Assembly (NCBI RefSeq): GCF_963921235.1
Contig: NC_086097.1
Location: forward strand, 39,000,001-39,064,000
Source: Mobula hypostoma
Lineage: Eukaryota
Length of the DNA stretch: 64,000 nucleotides
Direction: 5' to 3'
This document shows, one piece after another, positions 49,451 to 61,735 of the stretch. The notes under the pieces are model-generated. The model was given only the letters and a program-made list of their open reading frames with translations. It made no database searches and was not told the origin of the DNA. Every line of letters starts with the position of its first letter. Position 1 is the first letter of the stretch. The translations under genes and the position numbers were made by a program.

Positions 49451-49569
49451 GTGTACCGACAAGGACTGCAAGCAATTCCTCTTAGTGTTGATCTTTGGCT
49501 CCACTATATCAATTTCTTGAAGGAGACCTTGGATAGTGACAATCCAGAGACTGATGCAAGAATAAAAAG
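49451..49569 (+). CDS. PRPF39: PRPF39 exon 4 (VYRQGLQAIPLSVDLWLHYINFLKETL...)
   Basis: cacag| acceptor and AG|gtaata donor; manual translation. Confidence 0.95.
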
Positions 49570-50954
49570 GTAATATTGGAATCATACCTGTACTTTGGTA
49601 TGAATACATGATAATTCAATTGGTAACTTTCTCTTGACTTTGTCAGTAAATTTCATTAGAATAAAAATTTAAGATGGAAGTTTTACTTGATGATATGATT
49701 CTAAGTATATTAACCATCACCTTCATAATTCAGAATTTTGGAACTTGTCAACACACAGGTCTTTCCTAGTTTCTTCGTTAGACTGCAAGGTATAAATAGG
49801 TCAGACATTTATGACCTTTGGTCATGAGATTGTTGAGTTTAAATGTTTTGTCAGCAGCTTATGCTTGTCTTTCACAGTGAATTTTATCGCATTTAAGAAC
49901 ATAGGAAATAGGAGCAGGAGTAAACCATCTATAGAACATGGTTGATCTGGCCATGGACTCACCTCCATCTACCTGTCTTTTCAGATGACACTTAATTCTC
50001 CTGCTATGCAAAAAATTCTGTGTCTTAAATACATCTAATGAGGTAGCCCCCACTGCTACCCTGGGCAAGAATTCCATAAATTTGTAACTTGCTGCGGGAA
50101 AACTACCCATCTCCACCCCTGAATCTTGAGGCTAGGTCTCCTAGTTTGAGTCTCACTTATCAGTGGAAACAATTTTCCTGTCTCTGTCTGATTTATCCCT
50201 TTCATAATTTTATGTTTCTGTCAGATTTGCCTCTCTTTCTCTGAATTCCTGCAAGTATAGTCCTTCGTTATTAAGGCATGTTACATTTTTAGCAGAAAAC
50301 ATTCCAGTAAAGTTTCAAATGAGGTTAGGAAGATCTGAATTCCTACAATTTAAAATTATTTAGGCTAAATAGCCATCTATTGTAAATAACAATGAGGCCT
50401 CTAAACAACAGGGAAGAAATATCTCCTGCAGTTTCATCGGTTACTGGTGTAGAAGAGTGAGTGTTGCTGGAGATTGAAGAGGAAAAGCTCCCTTTGAAAT
50501 GGAAGGAGAGAAGGAAAGTGTGACTGGTGCTTTATTTATGTTGAGGATGTTAGAAATTGTGGAAGATAGACAACTGAAACTGTTGGCTGAAGGGGTAGCA
50601 GAGGAGGACAAGCAAAATAATCCCCTTATATCTGATGAGGTTGGAGATGCAAGATGGAATAAAGGCTGGGGATAGCATTGATGGGTTGTGCATGAAGTTT
50701 CTGATGCAGAGAGTGAATTATCACACTATGTGGGATTTATTTAATCATTTTTCAATCAATGCTATGTCAGTAGAGCGGCAGGAACTGATACCTGGAAGGC
50801 TTATCATGTCATGGAAATGGGCCCTTTGGCCCAACTGATCACTCCTGTTTGTCCCATCTGCCCACGTTTGGCTCATTACCTTCTCACCCCTCTCCTTCAT
50901 GTTGCTGTCCAAATGCCTCTTAAATGTTGCACTTATACCCACCTCACCCACTTC

Positions 50955-51805
50955 ATAAGACAATAAGACATGGGAGGAAAATTAGGCCATTCAGCCCATC
51001 AATTCTGCTTCACCATTCCATCATGGCTAATCCCAGATCCCACTCAACCCAATATCCTTTGCTGCCTTGACCGATCAGGGAACTATCAACTTCCACCTTA
51101 AGTATATCCACGGACTTAGCCTCCACCACATCTGTGGCAGAACATTCCACAGATTCACTACTCTCTGGTTAAAAAAAAACTTGCTCTTTCTTCTGCACTA
51201 AAAGGTCACCCCCTCAATTTTGAGGCTGCGTGCTGTAGTTCTGGATACTCCCACTGTAGGAAGCATCCTCTCCACATCCACCCTTGCTGGTTCTTCCAAC
51301 ATTCGAAAGGTTTCATTGAGATCCCCACATATTTTCTTAACTTCCAGTAAGCATAGGCTCAGAGCTGCCAAACACTCCTCATGCATTAACCCCTTCGTTC
51401 CCAGAATCATCCTTGTGAATCTCCTCTGAATTCTCTCCAATGACATTGCATCCTTTTTGAAATACGAGGCCCAAAACTGTTGGCAGTACTCCAAGTGCAG
51501 CTTGGCTGGTGTCTTGTAAAGGCTCAGCATTATCTCCTTGCTTTTATATTCTATTCCCCTTGATAAATGTCAACAATGCCTTTGCCTTCTTTACCATAGA
51601 CTTGCATAAGGACTCCAAAGTCCATCTGCAGCTCTGAAATTTGAATCTTCTCCTTCATTATGATACATTTTCCAAAACTGTATTCCATCTGCCACATTTT
51701 TGCCCATTCTTCCAATTTTCTGTCCTGCTGCAATCGCATTGCTGCCTCAGCACTACCTACCCTTCCACTTATCTTCATATCATCCGCAAACTTTGCCACA
51801 AAGTC
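50955..51805 (-). mobile_element. CR1 3' fragment, nested in an older CR1 (about 50780-51960)
   Basis: ORFs 51198..51530 and 51551..51799 minus (AKFADD; LEYCQQFW). Confidence 0.85.
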
Positions 51806-52597
51806 TGGCAGCTCATTCTAGGTGCTCAGTATCCTCTGTAAAGAAGTTGTCTCTTAAAAGATCTCCCCTTAAAAATTTCTCCCCCTTTTTGTATTTGTGC
51901 TGTCTAGTTTTGTTCTTTCAAGTCTTGGGAAAAGACTTTGACTATCCACCTTATCTGTACTCATGATTTCACAAACTTCTCAGAGACAAGGGTATCTAGG
52001 AAAGATAGATGCAGTTTGAGAGTCATGTTCAATGACTTGGAGGGGTGGAATGAGATTGCAGAGATTAAGAGAGAGACTTCTGTTTTGAGTAGAGTGCCAG
52101 AGGAATAGGTATTACAGACCATGGCATAGTTTTATTATTAGTTTCTGGGCCTAAAAAAATTGTAAAGTTGTCTATCGCCACCATGAGTAATGTGATTTAA
52201 TTAATGAAAATGACTTTTGAGAAAATATTCAGGAATATTCCTGGCTAGATAGCAGTACAGTAATCAATTCCTTTTTTTATAAATATTTAAACTTCTCAAT
52301 TATAACAGCTCTATTCTATGATAATTCAGCTTATTTCTTTCTCAGATCCTCTTCAGTCTTGCCAATCAGCACAACCAACAGAAGGTGATGAATTTATACT
52401 TGGGCTGTGGCCAGAATCATAGGCAATGCTTGTTTCTGAAGTGTTTCTAAAATGAGCACAAATGGTTGCTGAAACTTAAATTCAATGTATTTTGACCATA
52501 AAGTTGTATCAATTAGGCACTTCAAACAAAAAAACAAGGCATGTGGAAACTTGTGGTTACAGCAACAAACTTGACAATTTCTTCTGTGTTCTTACAG

Positions 52598-52765
52598 TGT
52601 GTTTGAACATGCCGTGTTAGCTGCAGGAACTGACTTTCGTTCAGATAGATTGTGGGAAACTTACATTAACTGGGAAAATGACAGAGGAAATCTGCAAGAG
52701 GTGACAGCTATTTATGATCGTATTCTTGGTATTCCAACACAGCTCTACAGTCATCACTTCCAAAG
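52598..52765 (+). CDS. PRPF39: PRPF39 exon 5 (VFEHAVLAAGTDFRSDRLWETYINWE...YSHHFQ)
   Basis: tacag|T acceptor and AG|gtaagg donor; AGTDFRSDRLWE motif. Confidence 0.95.
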
Positions 52766-53210
52766 GTAAGGTAGACTGAAAACCATTCATATTTATACTT
52801 TAAATGAGTTCCTGCTATTGAAAATATTCCTCTACTTTTTGAGGAATGAAAATACATGCCAGAGTAATAAGAAATACAGAAATGGGAAATAAGAGCAATG
52901 TTAGTTAGTTACCTATGGAAAGGGGACTCTTCTGTCCTGGCAAACCAAATTTAAAGAAACCGCTGGCGCAGATTCCATCTTTTTTAATGGTTTTTTGTTG
53001 CAGTTTATCTATGTTAAGAATTTTATTGCTGTGGACATTGTTGTATTATGTTGGGCTGTTCGTGAGTGCCAAACGATTCCACATTACAACAAATTCAATT
53101 TTTATATTCCTTTGTTTCATAACTGATACCATCTGCAAAAATCATTAAGAAATTAACTTCAAGAGCTGTGGTAAACCTCAAAATATATTTTTTAAATTCT
53201 CCATATTCTT

Positions 53211-56200
53211 TCTTTCTTTTTAAATCTTTTTATTGAGTAAGTATACAAAAAAGGTAAGCCATATAAACATTAATACAATGTTAAAGTATAATAAAATTCC
53301 AAAAGATATCAATACCAAAAAGAAATTACTACAAACAATGTAATTTAAACATAAGAAACCAAGATAACATAATAGTATACTAAATTTTATATATATCAAT
53401 GGAAAAAAAAAAGAAAAAAAAAACCCCCAAAAAAAAACCCACCGTGCAGCTAACTAAAAGCAAAGCAAAGCAATGGGCTAACTTGAAACCAAACAGAGTT
53501 AAACTTAAAATCACGTCCTCAATCCCGACCTCCATTAAAAACAGTGAAAAAAAAACAAGAAGGGTAAATATTACATTAAATGAAAATATCGAATAAAAGG
53601 TCCCCAAATCTGTTCAAATTTAAATGAAGAATCATAAAGGTTACTTCTAATTTTCTCCAAATTCAAACATAAAATCGTCTGAGAAAACCAAAAAAAGGTA
53701 GTTGGAGCATTAAGCTCTTTCCAATGTTGTAAAATACATGTTTTCGCCATTAAAGTAAGAAATGCAATCATTCTACGGGCTGAAGGGGAAAGATTACTAG
53801 AAATTTTAGATAGTCCAAAGATAGCAGTAATAGGGTGAGGAGAGATATCTATATTTAATACCTTAGAAATAATATTGAAAATATCTCTCCAAAAAGTTTC
53901 CAAAGCAGGGCAAGACCAAAACATATGAGTTAAAGAGGCTATCTGCCCCGAACATCTAACACAGAAAGGATTAATATGCGAGTAAAAACGCGCTAACTTA
54001 TCTTTGGACATATGTGCTCTATGAACCACTTTAAATTGAATTAGGGAATGTTTAGCACAAATAGAGGAAGTATTAACTAATTGTAAAATCTGCCCCCAAT
54101 CATCCACAGAAATGGTAAGCCCCAATTCCTGTTCCCAATCTACCCTAATCTTATCAAATGGAGCTTTCCTAAGTTTCATAATAATATTATAAATCATAGC
54201 CGATGCACCTTTCTGACATGGATTAAGGTTAATTATCGAATCTAAAATATATGTAGGAGGAAGCATTGGAAAGGAAGAAAGTATAGTACTTAGGAAATTT
54301 CTAACTTGTAAATATCTAAAAAAATGTATTCTTGATAAGTTATATTTATTAGATAATTGTTCAAAAGACATAAGGGAACCATCTAAAAATAAATCCAAAA
54401 ACCGTAAAATGCCCTTAGTCTTCCAAGTTTGAAAAGCGCGATCCGTAAAAGAGGGAGGAAAAAATATGTTACCTAAAATAGGAATCGCTAACCCGAATTG
54501 ATTAAGATCAAAAAATTTTCTGAATTGAAACCAAATGCGCAAAGCATATTTAACTATCGGGTTAGAGACCTGCTTAAGACGTTTCGAATCAAAAGGGAGA
54601 GAGGAGCCTAAAATAGAACCAAGTGTATAACCCTGAACCGATTGTAATTCCAATGCTACCCATTTAGGAATAGATAGTATGTCCTGGTCAAGTAACCAAA
54701 ATTTCATATGTCGAATATTAATAGCCCAATAATAGAATCTAAAGTTAGGTAATGCTAAACCTCCATCTCTCTTAGCTTTCTGTAAATGTATTTTACCCAG
54801 TCTCGGATTCTTATTCTGCCAAATAAATGAAGAAATTTTAGAGTCAACTTTATCAAAAAAAGATTTTGGAACGAAAATTGGTAATGCCTGAAACACATAT
54901 AAAAATTTTGGCAAAAAAAACATCTTAACCGCATTAATACGACCAATCAAAGTTAAATATAAAGGAAACCATTTAGATGAAAGTTGAGTAATATGGTCTA
55001 TTAATGGTAAAAAGTTAGTCTTAAATAAATCTTTGTATTTACAAGTAATTTTAATCCCAAGATATGAAAAGTAATTATTAATCAATTTAAATGGAAATTT
55101 ATAATATAAGGGAAGATGTTTATTAATCGGAAAAAGTTCACTCTTACTAAGATTTAATTTATAACCTGAGAAAAGACCAAATTGTGCTAATAACTCTAAA
55201 ACAGCAGGAATGGATCTCTCAGGATTAGAAATATATAAAAGTAAATCATCAGCATAGAGTGATAATTTATGGGACTTTAATCCCCGAGTTATCCCAGTAA
55301 TATTTGAAGATTCTCGAATAGCAATTGCAAGAGGTTCTAATGCAATATCAAATAATAGGGGACTAAGAGGACAGCCTTGTCGAGTACCACGAAAAAGAGG
55401 AAAAAAAGGTGAGTTTAAAGAGTTAGTACGAACCGAGGCTTTAGTATTAGAGAAATTGATGCTCTATTAAAAGATTCAGGAAGTTTACCAAGTTTCAAAG
55501 AAGCCTCAAAAACCCTACCGAGCCAAGGAATCAATAAAGAAGCAAAACATTTATAAAATTCAACGGTAAACCCATCAGGGCCAGGAGCTTTCCCCAGATT
55601 CATAGAAAAAATAACATTCTTAATCTCATCCATTGTAATGGAAGTATCTAATAAGGAAGACATATCCTGTGAAATCTGAGGGAAGTCTAACTTATCTAAA
55701 AAATCATTCATATATTTAGAATCTCGAGGAGACTCTGATTGATATAAAGAAGAATAAAAATCACAAAAGGTTTGATTAATCCCCACATGATCCAGTATCA
55801 ATCGATCATTTTGGTTATAAATCTGATTGATTTGAGATTTAACATAATTAGATTTCAATTGATTAGCCAGCAGCTTGCCAATTTTGTCACTGTGAACATA
55901 AAAGTCACTTCTTGTTTTCTTTAATTGGTTTACAATCGAGGACGAGAGTAGTAAACTGTGTTCCATTTGAAGTTCAGTTCTTTGTTTATATAACTCAGAA
56001 GGAGCCATAACATATTTCTTATCAATTTCTTTAATCTTGTCCACAATTACCATCTCCTCCTGCTTCTGTTTCTTCCTCAGAGCAACCGAATACGAAATAA
56101 TCTGACCCCGAATATAGGCTTTAAAAGTGTCCCAAAGAGTGTTAACCGAAATATCTTCTGTATGGTTAATTGTAAAAAAAAGCTCAATCTGTTCATTCAT

Positions 56201-56632
56201 AAAATTAACAAAGTCCGAGTCCTGAAGCAACAGCGAATTAAAACGCCATTGTCTATTATTTGGTATATTGGCCATAATTTTAATAGAAAGCTTAAGTGGA
56301 GCATGATCCGAAATGGTTATAGAATCATAATCACATTTAATCACTGAAGGAATAAGACGAGAATCAATGAAAAAATAATCAATTCTTGAATAGGAATGAT
56401 GAACATGTGAAAAGAAGGAAAAATCTTTTTCCTGAGGATGCAGAAAACGCCAAATGTCCGTCGACCCAGAATCAGAAAGGAAAAAATTAATCAGATTTGC
56501 AGATTTATTAGGTAAAGTCCGTAAAGGAGCCGAACGGTCCAAAGCTGGAGACAAACAGGTATTAAGATCTCCGCCCCAGATCAATGAAAACTCGTTCAAA
56601 TTCGGAAACTGATCGAACAATGATTTATAAAA
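53211..56632 (-). mobile_element. Young 5'-truncated L1-clade LINE (ORF2: APE C-terminus, RT, CCHC) with a 19-bp TSD
   Basis: ORFs 55415..56620 and 53571..55085 with GGDLN, SRIDY, SDH, RQGCPLSP, YADD and CVRC..THMFWSC. AATAAA at 53229-34 plus an A-rich tail; TSD ttaaattctccatattctt at 53192-53210 and 56633-56651. Confidence 0.95.
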
Positions 56633-56889
56633 TTAAATTCTCCATATTCTTAGTAAATTAAAAATTGTAATAGTTTATTTTTTATTTTTGTGCAGAAATT
56701 CTACTACATTCAACAAAGGATTGAATGTGAAATTCACAATAAACTGAATCCTTAGGGTAGGAAAACTCCTGTAGAGTATCCCAATATTTTGCATTATAAG
56801 CTAGAATTTTCTTTCCTAACTTTGTCTGGTAATAAAAAGCTTATTGTTTGGGGATACCCCATAGTGTAAATGTTGCTGCTGTTTTTCAG

Positions 56890-57052
56890 GTTTAGAGAGC
56901 ATGTTCAGAATCACTTGCCTAAAGATTTAATCTCTCCAGAGGATTTTATTAAACTACGACATGAGCTGGCATCCATAAATGAACACTTTGACAGTGATGG
57001 TACTCCAAGAAGCAATCCAGCAGCTGCAATTGACATAAATGATCCTGCTCAA
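56890..57052 (+). CDS. PRPF39: PRPF39 exon 6 (FREHVQNHLPKDL...INDPAQ)
   Basis: ttcag|G acceptor and CAA|gtaatg donor; in frame with exons 5 and 7. Confidence 0.9.
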
Positions 57053-57899
57053 GTAATGTGAACTACATAGCAATTATGATTCATCAACAGTCTGAATGTT
57101 TTGGATAACTTTGAGAATTTTCAAATGCATGAGTGTAACTAACACACATGGTTAGACATTGATTAAATAGTCAAACTTGTTCTAGTTTTTTTCCCAAAGT
57201 TCTGTTGTGCTACCTTAGCCATCTGACCCATCTTAGCCCAGGATCCTTGATTCCATTTGAAATTTCAAAGAGGGAGAAAATTAAATTTCTGTTCGTAGCC
57301 CTCATTTTAGCTTTATTAACAACAGATTTCTGGAAGCGATATCATCAGGTTTGATTGTGTCATTTTCTGTTTTTAATACAGACTTGCAGCATTTGTTCTT
57401 TGCTGACGTCGCCACTATCTGGCTCCGTACTGCATTCATAACACTTCTTCATACTGTAGGATTCTGTTGTCGGATTTCAGAATAACTTTTTCCTGAACTC
57501 ATTTTTCCCAATCCTTGAAGCCCCAATCTTTTCCATAAGTAACTAGAGAGACTATAATGTGAAGTAGTAGGAATTATCGTTTGACGGTTGATTACTAGTC
57601 ATAATTGTACCTTTCTTTGATCATTGGTCATGATGCCACTTAAGAAGTGGGGGGGGGGGGAGACAAGTAAGGTAAATTTTGTTTTCTTTTCCTGGTGTTA
57701 CAATTCCTAAATATCAAATATGTTAACAAATTATTTTTAGTTGGTGAATTAAAAAGTGTTTCAGTCACTGTTAGTGAAACTTGTAAAGAGGGTTCTGTAT
57801 GTTTCAAAAGCAAGCAGATGGATTGGTGGAGCAGCTGAATTTCTTGTGATGCATGGTCTAGATACATAGGAAGCTTTCAGAACTGGATCTCTGTTTCAA

Positions 57900-58215
57900 G
57901 CAAGAGAAAATCTGCAGTTGCTGGAACTCTATGGAGAACAGTACAGTCAACGTTTCGGGACGAGACCCTTTGGTAGGACTGGAGAAAAAAAGCTGAGGAG
58001 TATATTTAAAAGATGGGGGGAGGGGAGAGAGAAACACAAGGTGATAGGTGAAACCTGAAAAGGGGGGGTGGGAATGAAGTAAAGAGCTGGGAATTTGATT
58101 GGTGAAAGAGATACTGGGCTGGAGAAGGAGGAGTCTGATGAGGACAAAGGCCATGGAAGAAAGAAAAGGGTGGGGGGGAGCACTAGAGGGGGGCATTTTG
58201 TGTGTGTTCCTCTGA
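57900..58215 (-). mobile_element. PLE 3'-end fragment with a degenerate HHR (57945-57980)
   Basis: Same tail motifs (tctgcag.tgctgg, cgtttcggg.cgagaccctt) followed by a purine-rich UTR. Confidence 0.7.
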
Positions 58216-60951
58216 TTACATGGGATTTTTCTTTTTGCATTCATCCAGGGGATGAGAGCTTTGCAGGCTGAGCAGGCTTTTAATTGCCTATTTCAGGTTG
58301 CCCTTGAGAAACTGCTGATATCCTGCATTCTTCAATCACTGTGTTTCTGGAGGCGTAGGTATACCAACAATGTTGTCGTGAAAGAGATTTCAAGGATATT
58401 AACCCTGTGACTGTGAAGGAATGGTAGTATGTTTCCAAGTCAGAATGTTGTGTGGTTTGGAGGGCAACTTCCAGATGGTAATTGTTCCCGTGCTATGATG
58501 CCCTTGTCCTAGTCAGTTGAGGGTTGTGGAATTGGAAGATGTTTTATGTGATGAGACTTGGGGGTTGTTGCAGTGCATTCTGTAGAAAGTACAAATTACT
58601 GCTACTGTGCTTCAGTGGAGGAGTGAGTAAATGAATGAATAAATGTAGTGCCTGTTAGGTGGGCTGCCATATACTGTATTGTGTTGAGCTTTTTGTATGT
58701 TCATCTGGTGAAATATTCCATGACACTTGTGCCTTGCATCTTGTAGACGTTGCAGAGTTAGGAGATGAGCTACTGGCTGCAACATTCCTAGCCTGTGACC
58801 TGCTCTTGTTGTCTTGTGTATCTGGCTTCTCCAATTCAGTTTCTGCTTAATGATAACACCTGGTATATTGAAAATGGGTGATTTAGTAATGGTAATGCCA
58901 TTGAATACCAGGGGGCGACAGCTGATTTAAAAAAAAATTTTGACTGTTGTAATTGCCGGAGTCAAGTTGCGCAGTTGTTTCTTGCCACCGATCAACCCAG
59001 GCCTAGATATGTTCCAGGTCTTGCTGCTTTTGGTTGTGGATTGCTTTATCCGAGAAATCATGAGGGCAGTTCCAAAAAACGGAATGAAACTAGATGAATT
59101 TATATAGTGCCTTTCAAAATGTTACTGTTGCCTTTCAGCAACCAAGGTAGTTTTGAAGTTTAGTTACTGGAATCTTTTGAAATCCAGTGTCTAATTTTTA
59201 GTAAGTCTTTCATCAAAGAGCTGAATCCATCCAATCAGTTATTGGAGTTAGTTGAGGGATGAATTTTAAATTATCTACTGAGAGAACTTCACAGTTTTAA
59301 CGATCCCTTGAGATCTTTTATGTCTACCTGGGAGCTTGATTTTTTTATATTTTGTTAAAAGAATGTACTACCAGCAGTGAAATTTGCTGTGCTTTATTGA
59401 ATTACCTGTCTAGACTGTATGCTGAAGCTTCTGGAATGGGCCTTGAATTCAAACGCACCGAGAACTAGAGTGCTACCACTGACCAGAAAAGTTTGCAAAG
59501 TCTAGGCTATATTTTCCCCTTTATGTCAGGATCAATGACTGCTGTAGCTTATCTTGGTTCCCCGGTCATTAGAAGACAACAACATCACTGGTAGGGCACC
59601 ATATTCCATGGCTGAATGAAGAGCTATCTATCCCCAGTCACTGTTGCCTCTTAAGTGTAAACTTAAAAGTGGGTACATTCTCAGGAGTCACTGAATAGTA
59701 TTTTGACGCAAAATATGGAAAAGAAGTTTTAATTTCCTCTTTTGCCCCTTATTCCTGTTTGTGGGATTTTGTTGTGCATTTGTTATGTTTGTATATTTTA
59801 TGTTCTATTCATTCCAATTGTGAGAATACATCCCTTCTTATAATGTTTATTTAGTTAATAGTTTGCACAAGATACAAGTGTAAAATAATTTTAAAATTAT
59901 TTTTAATTCAATATTATATTTTACCTTGTACACTGCAGATGTATTTTTCAATTTACTCAGTTCCTCTTTAGTTAATAATTAAATTCCAACTTTTTAAAGG
60001 ATGAAAATAGCGAATTTCTTAATTGATAATACTGAGGGTCTAACTTGTGCAAGATACCTGTATGTGAAGTCTGTTACCTTAGGGTGGCTATTGCATGCTA
60101 GCTACTATATGAACTTGCCTGAGCAGCAGTGAGCCCCTCCCTGTACAATCATTGCTACTTTGTTTGGCAGTGTAGGCTTTGAGGAAGAAACTGGATTCAT
60201 GAGAATATGGATATGGCAGGTAAAATGCTATGCGAAATATTCTGGGTCTTCCATTTTTATAAAACAATACTTTTTAAATCTAATAGATTTGAAGCTATTG
60301 GTGTTGTGAGGCACCCAGAAGTAGACCGTAGACATAGGAGTGGAATTAAGCCATTTGGCCAGTCAAATCTGCCTTGCTATTCCATCATGGCTGATTTATT
60401 TTTCCCTCTCAACCCCATTTGCCTGCCCTCTCCCTGTAACCTTTGATGCCCTGACTGATCAAGAACCTATCTACCTCTGCTTTAAATACACCCAATGACT
60501 TGGCCTCCACTGGCATCAGTAGCAATGAATCCCACAGATTTACCATCCTCTGGCTAAAGAAATTCCTCCTCATTTGTGTTCCAAAGGGATGTCCTTGTAT
60601 TCTCGTATTAGAAACCTGTTTTTGCCTGATTCATAGATGCAGGTACAACAAGCCAAGTGGTATGTTGGCCTACAGAGTATGGAATACAGAGAACATTGTT
60701 GAGTACAGGGTCCTGGTGAGACTACAGATGGCATATATTGCGAGTGAGGAAGTTTTTATGATAGATGGAATGCTGCAACAAAGGTTCAACAGATTGATTC
60801 CCAGGATTCTGGGTTTGTATTCTGAGGAAAGATTGAGCGAACCGGACTAGAATAATTGGAAGAATGAGAGGAAGTCCTATTAAAATAGACATTCTTTCAC
60901 AGCTTGGTGGGTTACATAGTTAATATTTCCTCTGGCTGGGGTGCCTAGAAC

Positions 60952-61152
60952 TAGCAGGCCAGGCAGCATCTATGGAAAAGAGTAAACAGTTGATGTTTCG
61001 GGCTGAGACTTTTCATCAGGGCAGATGAAGGGTCTCGACCCAAAACTTTGACTGTTTACTCTTTACCGTGGATGCTGCCTGGCTTGCTGAGTTCCTCCAG
61101 CATTTTGTGCACATTACTTTTGTTTCCAGGTTCTCTAGATTTTCTGTTGTTT
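60952..61152. mobile_element. Palindromic PLE 3'-end insertion inside a CR1 fragment, 11-bp TSD
   Basis: TSD gtgcctagaac (60941-51) and gtgtctagaac (61153-63); centre about 61020. Confidence 0.8.
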
Positions 61153-61735
61153 GTGTCTAGAACCAGGGTCACAAACCAGCCTAACAATACAAATGAGAAG
61201 AAATTTCCTCATCTGTGTCCAAGAAGGCTTTGAAGGTGGTGTTAGTATATATTTGGATATAAACAAAAGCAATAATGGAGGAAAGTTATACTGAGATGGA
61301 AGACTAGACGTAATGACAAAGTAACATTAAGGAATCAATGGGCTTATCCTCATATTCTTATGCTCCTTTCCTCCCTTTACACACTTCAACTTTTTTATTA
61401 CTTTTCACTTTAAATACCTCATTTTCTGTTCTTATCTTTTTGCCCCATTGTTTTTGTTGTTTCCTTTTCTGTTTTTATTCCTCATTTTCTCTTTATTTCT
61501 AGATTATTTATTGTGCATAATCATATAACAATTACAGCACAGAAACAGGCCATCTCAGCCCATATCGCTTAGATATTGTGCATTTGTGTAGCTATCCATA
61601 GATTATTAACCTGGTCTTCAGATTTCATGAATGTTTACAGAATGTGGAATTGTGTGCTTCCTTTTTACCTCATTTAATCTCTTTCAGGTTGGTTTTCAGT
61701 ATTTTAAGTTTGAGAATTTTTTATACTTTTTTTAG

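Noticed and set aside
52380..52480. Confident SNORD127 call
   Set aside because: Only C/D boxes are seen. The recalled guide sequence and a good terminal stem are absent, so it is kept only as a low-confidence candidate.
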